64,000 nt of DNA, taken from assembly GCA_001244265.2 (NCBI GenBank), contig CDLV01000004.1, positions 2,294,001 to 2,358,000 of the forward strand, in the 5' to 3' direction. The DNA comes from Microbotryum violaceum. Its lineage: Eukaryota. Both the position numbers and the translations under genes were made by a program. Numbering within the stretch: position 1 is the first letter of the stretch; the number at the start of each line of letters is the position of its first letter. The notes under the pieces were generated by a model that saw nothing but the letters and a program-made list of their open reading frames with translations, did not search any database and was not told the origin of the DNA. Below, piece after piece: positions 1-11,241 of this stretch.

Positions 1-160
1 TGGTCCGAACGCAATCGAAATTGGCCTAATATAAACCCTGCATCTGCGAGCTTGATTGAAATGAGCATGTAGCTTGGAGTCCGCGACTGCTCGCCCGCTC
101 CGCCTGCAGGCTCTCGCATTGCACTCGTTTGGCCCTTGAACGCTCGGCACAATCCTCACC

Positions 161-1097
161 ATGGTCAGTAGCTCGCTCACACTCAGCTGACATGGAGATA
201 CCATTGTCGGACTGACCGTGTTCCTCCGCTCCCCCCTGTTGTACCCGGCATACCGCACTGGCGGCTCCGCACTCCCGCCCCGACTCGATCATCCTCCCGA
301 TCCCCACCCATGACCTACATGCACCACCTCCCAGCCTTCTTCGTCTGAACCCTACCAAACTCCCCGAGCAGACCTCGACATCACCCTCCCTCCTCGTCCC
401 TTCCTGGCGCCACTGCACCAGCCGCTCCCCTCGACGTACACGCCCAAAGCCGTCGTCGGCCCCGCGTTCAGCATCGGCCTCGTCTCGGCCGGCTTTGGTC
501 TCTTCATCTCGAGCATCAAGAACAGTCTCGAGTCGCACAACAAGGGTGCTATGGGCGTCTTTACGAGGACGGGGTGGATCATTGGCTACTTTGGTCAGTT
601 CAAAGCCACTGCCGAGACCGGCGGGCACAGCGCTCGCGGAGGGGGTGTGGAGTGCAGTACAGCTTTTTACAGAGTATCTGCATCGCATTTTTAATCGGGT
701 TGCTACCTACTGCGACACTAACGCCACGCCCCGAGCTGCCAGCGCTTTCGCTTCCGCAACCGATCCCAGCAGCTGACCCCCTCATTCATCGCTTCTACCC
801 ACAGCCACCGCCGGTTTCGTCTACACCCTCGTCGACAACAGCGTGTCCAAAATGATTGAGAACTCTACAAACGGCATCGCCGGCGCAACAGGTGGATGTG
901 CCGCCGGCTTCGTCTCGGGCATTCGCAACGGCTCTTTATCTTCCGCGATGGGCTTGTGCGCCTTCATGGGTGCCGCTGTCGGGACGTACGAGTTGGCGGG
1001 AGAGACGTTGGGTAACGAGATGAGGAAGGATAGGAAGACGCGAGATGAGGAACGAATGAGCTTCTTCAAGAAGAGGCCAGAGACCCAGGAGGAGTAA
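161..1097 (+). CDS. NDUFA11: NADH:ubiquinone oxidoreductase 21.3 kDa subunit (NDUFA11/B14.7, Tim17/22/23 family); exons 161-163, 422-593, 805-1097
   Basis: GTCAGT..CAG introns join M-PLPSTYTPKAVVGPAFSIGLVSAGFGLFISSIKNSLESHNKGAMGVFTRTGWIIGYF-ATAGFVYTLVDNSVSKMIENSTNGIAGATGGCAAGFVSGIRNGS...FFKKRPETQEE*. This matches the fungal NUO-21.3 pattern (GAMGVFTRTG, GGCAAGF.GIR). Confidence 0.8.
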
Positions 1098-2198
1098 AGC
1101 AAGGCGGGAAGGGGAAACCTGGGCAAGGGGAGGACAGTGTTGGAGGAGATAAATACGATGGATAGAAGAGAGGGGTGTATAGTGTCGAACGTGGTATCTC
1201 TGAACCTTTTTTTTTTGTGGCTTGTTTCCGGAGCAATAACAGTCAAGGCTCGGTTTGCGCCCATCACGAAGGCTTGCAAGAGGTGCGGCGCCGAGCATTG
1301 TCTTGTAATGCCCTTGCAGTATGGTCGCAGTATATCCAAGCGATCGTGGGTCTGGTACAAGTCACCGCGCTTCGGTACGAGTCGGCGAGTGTCGCGTTCT
1401 TGGCTGGGACTCGGGGCCTGGGGGCATATGCTTCAACAACCATGGTGATCTTTTAAGCCTGAACAGTGAGCACACCGTCTGCCTCTCCTGCGAGTCAAAT
1501 TTGGGCTTCGGGCGTTGACTCTTCGCACGTGCGGGTGACACAGACAAATGACTGGTCGAGCCATGGTGATTCCCGCACTGGCCCCATCTTTCCACGCACG
1601 ACGCATCACGCATGCCCCCCTATCCGGAGCAAGCTACTAGTTCGAGGCGCAAAAGCGCCTGGAGAGCGGTGTTCCTTAATAAGCAGTGCAAGCAGTGCCT
1701 ACATATGCTGCTTCAAGTACTAGTGCCGGCTGTTTCTGGTCCTAAACCAAGCTCGCATATGGTTTGGGTTGAGCTCCTTTCAATTGGCTTGCTGAGTGCG
1801 CACCTTTCGCCACTGGCTTGTAGAGCCGAGGCTCGCATGGTCTTGTAGAGCAATGGCTCTTCGGTGATACAAGTGTGCGTGTGATACAGGCCCTATTGTC
1901 TCCGACTTCGGTCCTTCGCGGCTAAGATTGTCGAACCTGAGCTTAAGAGCAAGAGCTCTTAGCGCGGTCACGACAGGGGCGGAGGCATTCGGGCTCATGC
2001 GGACGCCCTATTTGCTCGGTCATTTTGTTGGACGCAAAAACACCTTGATGTCACATTGCACCCTCATCTGTGTATTTCCACTCTCTTCCTCTTTCCCATC
2101 ACTCGCGCTTTGCCCCTCCCGGCTCCTGAAGTCCTCCCACTGCACTCCCACTGCACTTCCCACTCTTTCCACTCTTTCGAGCCCTATACCCATCTAAG

Positions 2199-2498
2199 AT
2201 GCATTTCTTCTCCATCGTTGCCGCTGTGGCCCTGGCCTCCACCGTCGCCGCCAAGAGTCAGGTCACCTGCCCTGCACTTACCAAGACCCAAAAGTGCCTT
2301 GCCCCCGCTCCCAAGTCGCCGAAGCTTGCGCAGCCTAAGACCAAATCCGCCCCGCTCGGTCACAGCGTTCACCATCAAGGCTCGCACTCCAAGCATCCCG
2401 AGTACAACATTGGCATGGTCCCTAAAGGCTCGCACCCCAAGGGCAGGAAGTCTCCTCGTCACCCTGCTTCGGACATGACGAGCGCCCAGATTCCCGGT
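2199..2498 (+). CDS. Small secreted K/P/H-rich protein, first exon (effector candidate); downstream exons not resolved
   Basis: Signal peptide MHFFSIVAAVALASTVAA, two Cys, pyrimidine-rich leader, GTGAGT donor at 2499. The ORF-track extension to 2735 runs into a TE poly(A) tract. Confidence 0.6.
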
Positions 2499-2569
2499 GT
2501 GAGTAGTTCCCGACTCGGAGGGTGGCACGGGCCACGCGAATTCCGGGCCGCCACCCATGTCCAGGGATA

Positions 2570-4939
2570 TGAGGCGCCGGAGCTAACACGAGTTTCGCGC
2601 GAAAAAAAAAAAAGAGAAGAAAAAAAAAGAAAAAAAAATGACAGCACAGCACAGTCATGCCGCAAGGTCGTCCGTCATGACCCATGGCATGGCCTGACTT
2701 CCCTCCAATCCATGGGACAGAAAAAGCTCTCATGAATCTCATTTGTAGCCATCAGCTCTTCTGCACCCACCTAGCTGAGCCTGCTGCTGTTACTGCTGCA
2801 GCGCTGCTTATTGTGCTTAACCCTGAGGCCGGCGGCCCGACAGGCAACCGCCTCGAGTTGGGCCTGGATTTGCCTCTTTTCCTCCTGCCACTGTCTTCCC
2901 CTCGCCTCTCCTAATGAACATGAACGGATCAACTTCTGGCTCGACCGACGATTTGTTCAGCTCGGCCTTGAGTTCCGATACAACTTCTTCTTTTGGCGCT
3001 GCAACCGCTGGCGATGCACCCCTTTTGGTACAACAACGTATCGAGCGCGTGCTGGGGCGAGCGCCCGACTGTTCTTAGGCCCGTTCGCGCCCTCAACCTC
3101 AAGCTCCACTCACTCCAGCTCAACAGCTCGAAATGATGAACATGATGGTAACGCTCCACAAGATGAACAACAACTCGCTGCCATGGCTGCCAAAATCGAA
3201 GCTCGCCGAGCAGATCTACGCTCAATTGAACAACGCGCGATGGCTTTCGGCAAGACGGAAGCTAGGGTCGCGGCTGACAAACGAGGTCCAGCAGCATATC
3301 TGGAGCTGATCAACTCTCACAACCTGGGTCTAGAGGAAACAGGTCAGTCTCATCGATTCACGTTGGCCGTTTGCCGTCCCTTGTTCCGTGTCCCATTGCT
3401 GATCTCTCGGCTCTCGCTTTCGTAGACTAGATCCGGGACAATGTGCCTCGGGCTTACGTTAACGACTGGCCAAATCCCTTCAAATCCGGCTCGACTCTTT
3501 CCACATCCTCAAGTCGTCCCTCGTCTATCCCTCGGGATCGAGCTCAACTCTTTTGCAGTCGTCGAGTCGCGCCTCGACCACCCGTCATCCAGCTCCCGCC
3601 GCGCCATTGCCCGACACGGCTTTTAGCCGATCGACCTCGAGCGACGCAAGGACGTCGCGATCATCTCCGGTACATGCGAATGATCGCAATGGGGGCGGGC
3701 TCTTGACACCAGCGGCACGCTCGGCGCGTGGCTGGCTAAGTGGCGCTCAGCTAGGGCTCGATAAATCCTCTTCGCACGCCCCCTCCCCCTCCCCCGCCGA
3801 AGCGATGCACTTGATGCCCGCTAGTAAGGAGGAGAGCAGGAAGGGCAAGGGCGTACAAAGATTCGCAAGTGGGGAGCAAGCAGAAGAAGAGGAAGACTGG
3901 GGGAAGAGCGCAAGTGTTGATCTGCCGGGACGACGACGACAACAAAGCGAGCGAGGATGAATCACCTTCGTCGGGACTTTCGGAATCAAAGTGCGGAGAG
4001 GCGTCAAGTTCAGGACACCTTTGCGGGGAAGCAAAGGATTCAGGGGATGATTCTAAGTTCAGATCCGAAGAGGGATCAGAGGAGGAAACGTTACCTCCGC
4101 CACCGAACTTTGGTCCGAAGCGACAGCCAAGGCAGGTGATTGAGCAGCAGATGCAATCACTTGCCGACTCAAGGGAACATGCTACCGTTAGCTCTTCGAC
4201 CGAACCTCCAGAAGATCTCACTCGCCTTGCTACCCCGCCTTGTCGAACGCGCCTTCGGAGGTTTTTTCCCTTCGACGCTCGGAACGAACCTCTCGTCCCC
4301 CGCGGCCACGAGACTAACCATGCGTTGTAGACTAGCGAGTTCGGATTGAAACTATAGATAAAATTTGTAGCATGTACCAAATCTTGACTCTTGTGCGAGA
4401 CAGAGATGATCGGCGCATCGGCGACACTGCGCGGCTGTCACTTTGTCACTCGGATGAGACCCAGCTTGAACCATCAATTCCAGCTAGCGAGCGATAGGGT
4501 ATGATTTGAAAAGCTGTCACATTGCAAGGTTCTCTTCCGACCATCGAAGAGCGACCAATATTTCCGCCGCGCCTCCTCAATCTCAAGAGCATTAGATTGG
4601 AAACCTTGAACTCGGATCTCTTCGAATAGCGCTGTCTTGGCTTCTTCGTCCAGCACTTCGTCGCCGACTTCCGTCCCTAGGGCATGCTGATCGCCGTCTT
4701 GAAGGTGGGTGAGAACAGGCGGCAACGTAGCCATCTCGGGGCGTTGGGCACTCAAGGGGACCGAAGCAGACGAAGACTCGTCACCTCTCAGCCACTCGGC
4801 GACTCAAAGCTTCAGAGCTCCCGACTGCTCCCGAGGGGCAACGTCCGAGTCGAGGACTTTTTTTTTTTTTTTTTTTCTCGCGCGGCGCGCATTTCTTTTT
4901 TCCTTTTTCTGCGGCGCTCGTGTTAGCAACGGCGCCTCA
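2570..4939. mobile_element. Non-autonomous TIR DNA transposon (~2.4 kb), superfamily unclear
   Basis: 23-bp TIR TGAGGCGCCG(GA/TT)GCTAACACGAG at both ends, TA on both flanks, subterminal poly(A) (2602-2638) and poly(T) (4858-4876). No recognisable DDE domain inside. Confidence 0.75.
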
Positions 4940-6082
4940 TACATACATACAGGGAGTTGCCGGCGAAGCGAAAAAAAAAAAAAAAAAAAAAAAGAAGGAA
5001 GGGAAGGAAAAAAGAAAAGAAAAGAGAAAGAAAAAGGAAGGAAACAAAGAAACGAAGGGAAGAAGGGGGAAGTAGGAAAGTCGAACACATGATGTACATG
5101 GGCATAGTACTCTCTTGTTAACTTGCCCGAATTCGGTATCTTTACACCGACACCAGGTACACGCAAAGATGGTATGCCTAAGCTTGAGAAACATGCTTAT
5201 AGTCCCGCTCGCAGCCGCCTCACTTCAAAGCCTTTTCAAAGCTCGGACAGCAGTGTAAAGAGCAATGAAACAAACAAGTTTTAAACACGTGGATTACAAG
5301 ATATATCCTTTGCTTTACCAGAAATGGCTTCCACAAAAACTGTGCAAACATCTCACCGTGTTGGAGCTCCAACGCTTAGAGTAAGGCACCGGTCGATTGA
5401 GATCGCGGGTTCGGCGAGGCCAATCCGAGCTACCAACGAGTCTCGAATCACCGTTCTTGAGGACCGTCTTGTTGCGCTGGTATCCGTTGGAGCACATCCT
5501 GAATGGTGGAAGAATTCGTAAATTGAAGGTCGATGAAATATCAAGATACCGAAGATGCCCATGTAGCGCAGGGAAGGATGCCGATCGATACCGATGCCGA
5601 TAAGGATCAAGCCGAGGTCAGAAGGTCATGTCATATGGTCCGCCGAGCATGAACTCACGCTAGTCCTTCTTCTTGCGAGCTTCATACAAAGTCTGTTGGT
5701 AGCGCGAAGTGATGGCACACTGGATGGCAGGTCATGGAGCCAATCTGCATCCTCCTTGTGTTCCGATCTTAGTGGTTGCATCGGGTCACGATTTCGTCCC
5801 GCCGCAGTTCCAAATCCTCAATCGCCGAGGGAGCACAAAACCCGACACTCTTGCCGTCTGATGCTTGTAAAGTGTGTTCGATTCTTCTTAGTAGTAACTG
5901 ACTTTGTCCGTTGCTCTGCTCACTTGAGAGACGGCGTCCGTTCGGATCTTCGACCATACGGACCGGGTGGGCTCGGTAAAACGAAAGTCGAAGCGAAGGG
6001 TAGCTCAAAGTGACCATAGATGCGTTGAACGAGTCGGACTGGGTATCGGAACGTGAACGGACTTCTTTTTAGTCACTCCTCT

Positions 6083-6197
6083 GGGAACGGGGAACACAGA
6101 AACGCCGACTTCAGTACACGAGATGGAGCGGTAGGGGGAACGGGGAACACAGAAACGCCGACTTCAGTACACGAGATGGAGCGGTAGGGGGAACGGG
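6083..6197. repeat. Perfect 53-bp tandem duplication (2 copies plus a partial)
   Basis: GGGAACGGGGAACACAGAAACGCCGACTTCAGTACACGAGATGGAGCGGTAGG at 6083 and 6136, partial at 6189. Confidence 0.95.
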
Positions 6198-7098
6198 CTA
6201 ATGGTCGGGCGACGGCTCACGGTACCTCTTCTCGAACGGCTCTACTTCATGGCAGATGTTGTGACGATGGATGTAAGCTTAGCAACGGATATCACCGAGA
6301 CGATCCTTAGTATTCGAGCTGTTACCATTGACCTGCACTTCTTGCGTAGTCCAACGATCATGGTCGACCAACGTTGGCTTCGACCTGATCCTTATCGACG
6401 ACCCCTGAACTTGGCTTATCTGAAGGTATTGCTCAGCGGGTATTCCAAGTTTTGCTACTTGCTTCTTTATCGGTCTGATCGTCTTCAAGAATGCTTTGGG
6501 ACGTTGTAGGCAGTTGACGATGATGGAAGGCGGTGGACGGCGGACCTCGGGAGCCTGACCTCGGTGCGCTCGTGATGCTAGATTAATGGCGGTCTTGCTC
6601 GATCGATGGCTCATGTAGGTTGATGAGCATTGAATTACAGCCCAACTCCGTGTCTTTGTCGACGTAAAGTGTAAAGTGTGCTAGTTCAGTGTCTCGCCCA
6701 GGCGTGCTGTTCACGCCAAATCGTTTCGATCGGCTTTGCTGAACGGCATCGGATGGGATCGACAATCGATGGCGAGTCTTGCGGTGACGTGGCAAAATAC
6801 GTTGTGTTGGCTTGAAGGCCGAAGAAGTGCGGACGTTGGGCATAGATCAGGACAGGTAGGGGGCTGAGAAAGAGCTCGATGCGATTGTCGCGCCGCGGGC
6901 GACACGTGACTTCTGCTAACTTCCCCGCGACTCGTCTAGCCTCGTTCATGCGCGACACGCGAGCGCACGCGCGACACTCGCGCGGACTCGCGCGGCCGCC
7001 TTCTTCCACACACACACACCGCCCCCATGTCAACCTTGTCGAGTTACTCCCCGCTTTCATAACGACTCTGTTTCACTCAACAGCCTCCAACTGCTATC

Positions 7099-7431
7099 AT
7101 GGGAAAAGTAGATGGTATCATTCCGACTTGGGAGAGGGAGTTGGCCGCCAAGGATGCATGACGTTGCAAGCTGGGAGCTCTTTGAGCCCTCCTAATGCAG
7201 GCTGGAGCAGATGCAGAGATTCTTCCAGTGCCGATGTTCGATATACGATTCTGCTGCTGCATACCAAGACTCTTGGCCGGGAGCACCGGCGCAGGATTTG
7301 TCGGCTCACCCCGAGAAATAATTATCTGGAACGAGCCCTACTAGTTCTCTGGAACTCAATGGAGCCCGACTGTCGGAAAAGAGGAGGAAGCTGGCCCGGA
7401 GGGATTGGAGTCTCGGAGTGCCCAGCCCTGA
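7099..7431 (+). pseudogene. Degenerate ORF (MGKVDGIIPTWERELAAKDA*RCKLGAL*ALLMQAGADAEILP...)
   Basis: ATG at 7099; in-frame TGA stops at 7159 and 7183, compatible with CGA>TGA transitions. No recognisable domain. Confidence 0.3.
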
Positions 7432-7625
7432 GCCTCGAAAGCTCGAACGCTTTCAACAGCCACACCACCAACCCAATACACCATGGCAATGTCACCATTT
7501 GTAAATACATAAAGCTTAGCATTCGGAGCAAACGCCCTCCTGCCATGAAAATGAGTTCCATACCGCGGAGTAAAAAGGCAAACCTCCTCCGAGTGTTGTT
7601 GGTTCCCGTGCAAGTAGAAAAAGCC

Positions 7626-8330
7626 GCGAGCGTGTGAGCGTTTCCGGTCGCGCGCATCTGCGATTCTGCGAGCGTGAGAACTGTTTTAGGAGCGCGTGTA
7701 AGCAGCTTCCGAGGCGCGCAAATCGTAAAGAGCGGGGAGTGCGGTCGGAATTTAGCTATGAAAATTGAAAAGATCAAAATCTTTTTTCGGATTTATTCTT
7801 ATTTTTGGAAAAATACCAAAAAGCGCGTAGATTGAGTAGGTTGCGCGCGCATGAGCGCGCTGTAGCGCGTGTAATGCCCCGTCCGTGCGCGGATACGGCG
7901 GGGCGAGCGAGTCTAACAGTGAGTGAAAAGCGCGTGGACCGCCAATAGGGGCCAGAAACAGATGTTTTTCCTGGAAAGCGCGCAACTCCGCAGGTTCCAG
8001 AGCGCGTTAGAGACCAAAAGTGCGTCCAAGCGTGAATGACGCGCGTATGAAGGCCCTTTGGCGCGCAATTGCACAATTTTCGGCGCGCGTACAAACAAGT
8101 TGTAACGCGCAAGTAGCTCCGGGCGCGCAAATCCATTTGTTGCCCAAACGGCGGCCCGTGTGCCACAGCCGCTCACAGCAGCGCGGCAACACGCGCATCA
8201 CACGCGGCACGCGCGGCATCCATCCGCTCATGCGGGCTTCCATGACGGCATCGGTCACGGTCACGGTCACGTGTTTTTCATTTTGGGTCGGCTCGCGTCG
8301 GCCAGTCGGTCGCTGAAACTCGCACGCGCT
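7626..8330. other. Non-coding CGCG-rich block, probable DNA-transposon terminus or MITE
   Basis: Many GCGCG(C/T) motifs (GGCGCGCAA at ~7713, ~8060, ~8122) interleaved with A/T tracts. Weak inverted similarity of the ends. Same texture as the TE end at 47690-48200. Confidence 0.4.
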
Positions 8331-9573
8331 AACGAAGCTTAGAACGTCGACTTTCTGGCTCGCCGTTCTCCCGATGAGATGGACCAACGAGATCCCATCG
8401 GGGTCCAACAGCAAAATAAATTGCAAAAGATATCTGTAGTGTCAAGCTCCAATTTATCGAAGAGAGATCGAAGATGGGGTATCTATTTCATTTTGCAAGC
8501 CATCGACTCGTAAGGAGTGACTCGGTGTTTCACTGCGTGCTCGCAAGTGTGCCCTGCCGCGCTCGATGTCGACGTCGGCTGCTGCGGTGTTGGTTGTTCG
8601 AACCTTCGACGTGCACACCCGCCTCGCTCTCCTGCTTCGCTTCCGGCCTTAACATTACGCCTCATTGCGCTCTCAAGTGTTGATCACCACGAGCTGCCTC
8701 TTTCCAACATTGTCGCAACACTTACCAGCATACAAACGTCTACAAGTCGCTCGGCGCAGTTTTCCGAACAACCGTTTCAGCATCTCTCTCGACTTGACTT
8801 CACGTTCACCGGCGTCCTCGATCAGTTGCTTCTTCCCGCAGCGCTGCCGCTGTAAGTCCCACTAACCCCTCAACAGCATATGGGACCCGCCTGACCTAGT
8901 ACCTTAAACTTATAATAGCTTCCTCCCCCTCTTTCTCATTCCACACTGCTCGTTAACTCCACCGAGATAGTCTGCCGACGCTCGAGCCTCCTCCCACTTT
9001 CGCGTCGCAAAAGAATCTGCCTGTCCTTCCTTTGTTCGCGTCGGCCTTGCTCTGACCATCCTTTTCCAACCCAGCCGCGCCTTCAGCTACAACAGTAAGT
9101 TACTAATGTACCGACCTTCATTTCAGACCTTCTTCATCCCTTCACGAGCACTGCACCGGTCCGGTCCGCGCGCGCACGCTTGCGCGCCAACGGCTCCCAC
9201 GGCGCTCGACGCTACCCAACGGTCGGCCGTCCCACTCGTCCCTCCCGGAGTTCCCAATTTCATTTTCGGTCCGTTTCGGCCGGTGACTCGTTGTGTTTCA
9301 GCGAACCTGCGGAAATTCTGGAGATAACGCCATGGCCTTTTTGTTCAAAATTGCACTTGCTTGTCCGCCTCCGAACGCCTTCGGCGATAGGGATCCGCGA
9401 TGTCTCGGCTGGGCGGCGTCAGCAGCGGCGTGTCCATCTTTGCAAGGTCGCTTATCACACCCTTTCGGGCTTTCGAGTCTTGACATGGTTCACCACCACA
9501 CCATGCTACAAAAACATCATCAAAACTGACACTATCTTTCCCTGTGTACCCTCCACCTCATCAGATTGCTTCG

Positions 9574-10677
9574 ATGCAACAAGTCCCCTCGTCGACGCCG
9601 GCGACACGCGTACCCCTAATCGCCTCCTCATCCCGTCGAGCAGCCGTCGCCGCCGCAAGCCCCGACACAAGCCCGAATTCGAGTCCTCGCTCCCACCACC
9701 TCCCCACGCGTCTGCAGGAACCTTCTGCCGCTGTGCTTCGCTCGATGTGGCAACGCGATCACGTTCGAGTACCCATTGCCGAAGCATGGGAGCAAGACCC
9801 CTTTGCGTCGATCAGTTCGTCCCGTCGGCCATCTTCGGTCTCGGCCCAATCGGACTCGCCAATCCTGAATCAGCCATCATCCTTCCGTCGACTATCAACG
9901 CAATCAAGCAATAATGAACCTTTTCAACGATCCGTTTTCCGTTGGTTACAACACTACCAGCATGACTCCCCCGCTTCGCTCGACGACTCTCCGCGTCGCG
10001 ATCACTCGCACCTCGACTTTCGCCCCGAATCACAAGGCTCAATCGACGATCAAGAGCCGCACGTGGACACATCTTCAGCCTTCCGTTTTGCTATCAATCC
10101 GTTCCATTCGTCGTCCCCGACCCTTCAAACCTTCGCCGACCGAGCACCTCGATATCCGACCGACGAGAAGACCTCTCGACCACACCGCTCGCGCCGAGCT
10201 CGTTGCCCTCAGATGCCTGATACATCAACACCGCCCAAAAGTTTTCGTGACCTCCCTCTAGGCAAATACATCGCTTGGTTCCTGATCGTCGCTTTGGTCG
10301 CCGTCGTCGTCTCCGTCACCGTCACGCTCTCCCTCCGTTCATCAAGACGAGCAAACTCTGAAAACGCCATCGGGTCCATCGGTAGTGGAGTCAGCTACTC
10401 CCCACCACCCGTATCCGCCTCTTCCTCTTCCCTAACCCCATCCTCGAACCAAGCTTTCAACACGCTCAGCGCTTCCGCGGATTTTCTCTCCTCGAGTACC
10501 TCCAACGTCGAAGCCGCGACCGCGCTCCTGACTGCTCCAAGTTCAGCAGCGGCGAACGCCAGCCCGACGACGACAAGTGCACCTTCCATTCGAGCCGAAA
10601 GAGCTTCGAGTACGACGACAACTTCGTCTGCGAGGGGGAAGAGGATGAGGAGGGAAGGCAGGGCCGCGCATCCTTAG
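9574..10677 (+). CDS. Ser/Pro-rich single-pass membrane protein, hypothetical
   Basis: Long intronless ORF with one hydrophobic segment (YIAWFLIVALVAVVVSVTVTLSL) followed by an S/T-rich tail. Confidence 0.7.
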   Translation: MQQVPSSTPATRVPLIASSSRRAAVAAASPDTSPNSSPRSHHLPTRLQEPSAAVLRSMWQRDHVRVPIAEAWEQDPFASISSSRRPSSVSAQSDSPILNQPSSFRRLSTQSSNNEPFQRSVFRWLQHYQHDSPASLDDSPRRDHSHLDFRPESQGSIDDQEPHVDTSSAFRFAINPFHSSSPTLQTFADRAPRYPTDEKTSRPHRSRRARCPQMPDTSTPPKSFRDLPLGKYIAWFLIVALVAVVVSVTVTLSLRSSRRANSENAIGSIGSGVSYSPPPVSASSSSLTPSSNQAFNTLSASADFLSSSTSNVEAATALLTAPSSAAANASPTTTSAPSIRAERASSTTTTSSARGKRMRREGRAAHP

Positions 10678-11241
10678 GCCCTCGGTGTGACTCATTGCAA
10701 AACCGTCGCCTCGCAGCGAAATCACTTTGCTCTATTCCCACTTACGCCGCATCATCCCACCTGCACATACTGAAGAGAAATCTTCGTACATTCTCTACCC
10801 GCATCCCTCTTGCACCTTTTTTCCTCGCACTTGGGATCAGGATCCCTTTGGAGTTGTCACACCCCCCACCCCCCACCCCCCATATTCATTTTAATCTAAT
10901 CATCTTGGATGTCCTTAGTTTCTCATCTAGTGAATCACCTTAGTATTCGTACACTGTGCAACTGAAACAGTTCTTATCGTCAACTGTATTCGTCATCAAT
11001 GACACCGACACTGGAACGCGGGCTAAAAAACATGTCGCCAAATCGATTGAATTACAACAAAACCCCGCATTAACCCTCCACAACACACGACTCGCCATAC
11101 GAAAAGATTAACTCATCTTCAACGAGGAAGATTAGGTAGGATAAATAGATGCAGTAACCTCATAATGTAATTATACCAATCCCTGCGCGAACCTTATCCG
11201 CCAACCGCATTCGAGAGAAGGAGAGAGAAAGAGCTCTCTTT

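Noticed and set aside
26-688. 220-aa minus-strand ORF and similar antisense ORFs over TEs
   Set aside because: Shadow frames of GC-rich coding sequence on the other strand.
594-804. Intronic H/ACA snoRNA (AGAGTA, TCGCA/TGCGA stem, ACA)
   Set aside because: The motifs are too short and the 5' hairpin is unconvincing without a covariance search.
4709-5194. Lys/Phe-rich ORFs in the track
   Set aside because: Translations of poly(A)/poly(T) tracts.
6083-6197. CRISPR-like array (also considered for the 23-bp repeats at 41661-41735)
   Set aside because: Contiguous tandem units with no unique spacers, in a eukaryotic context.
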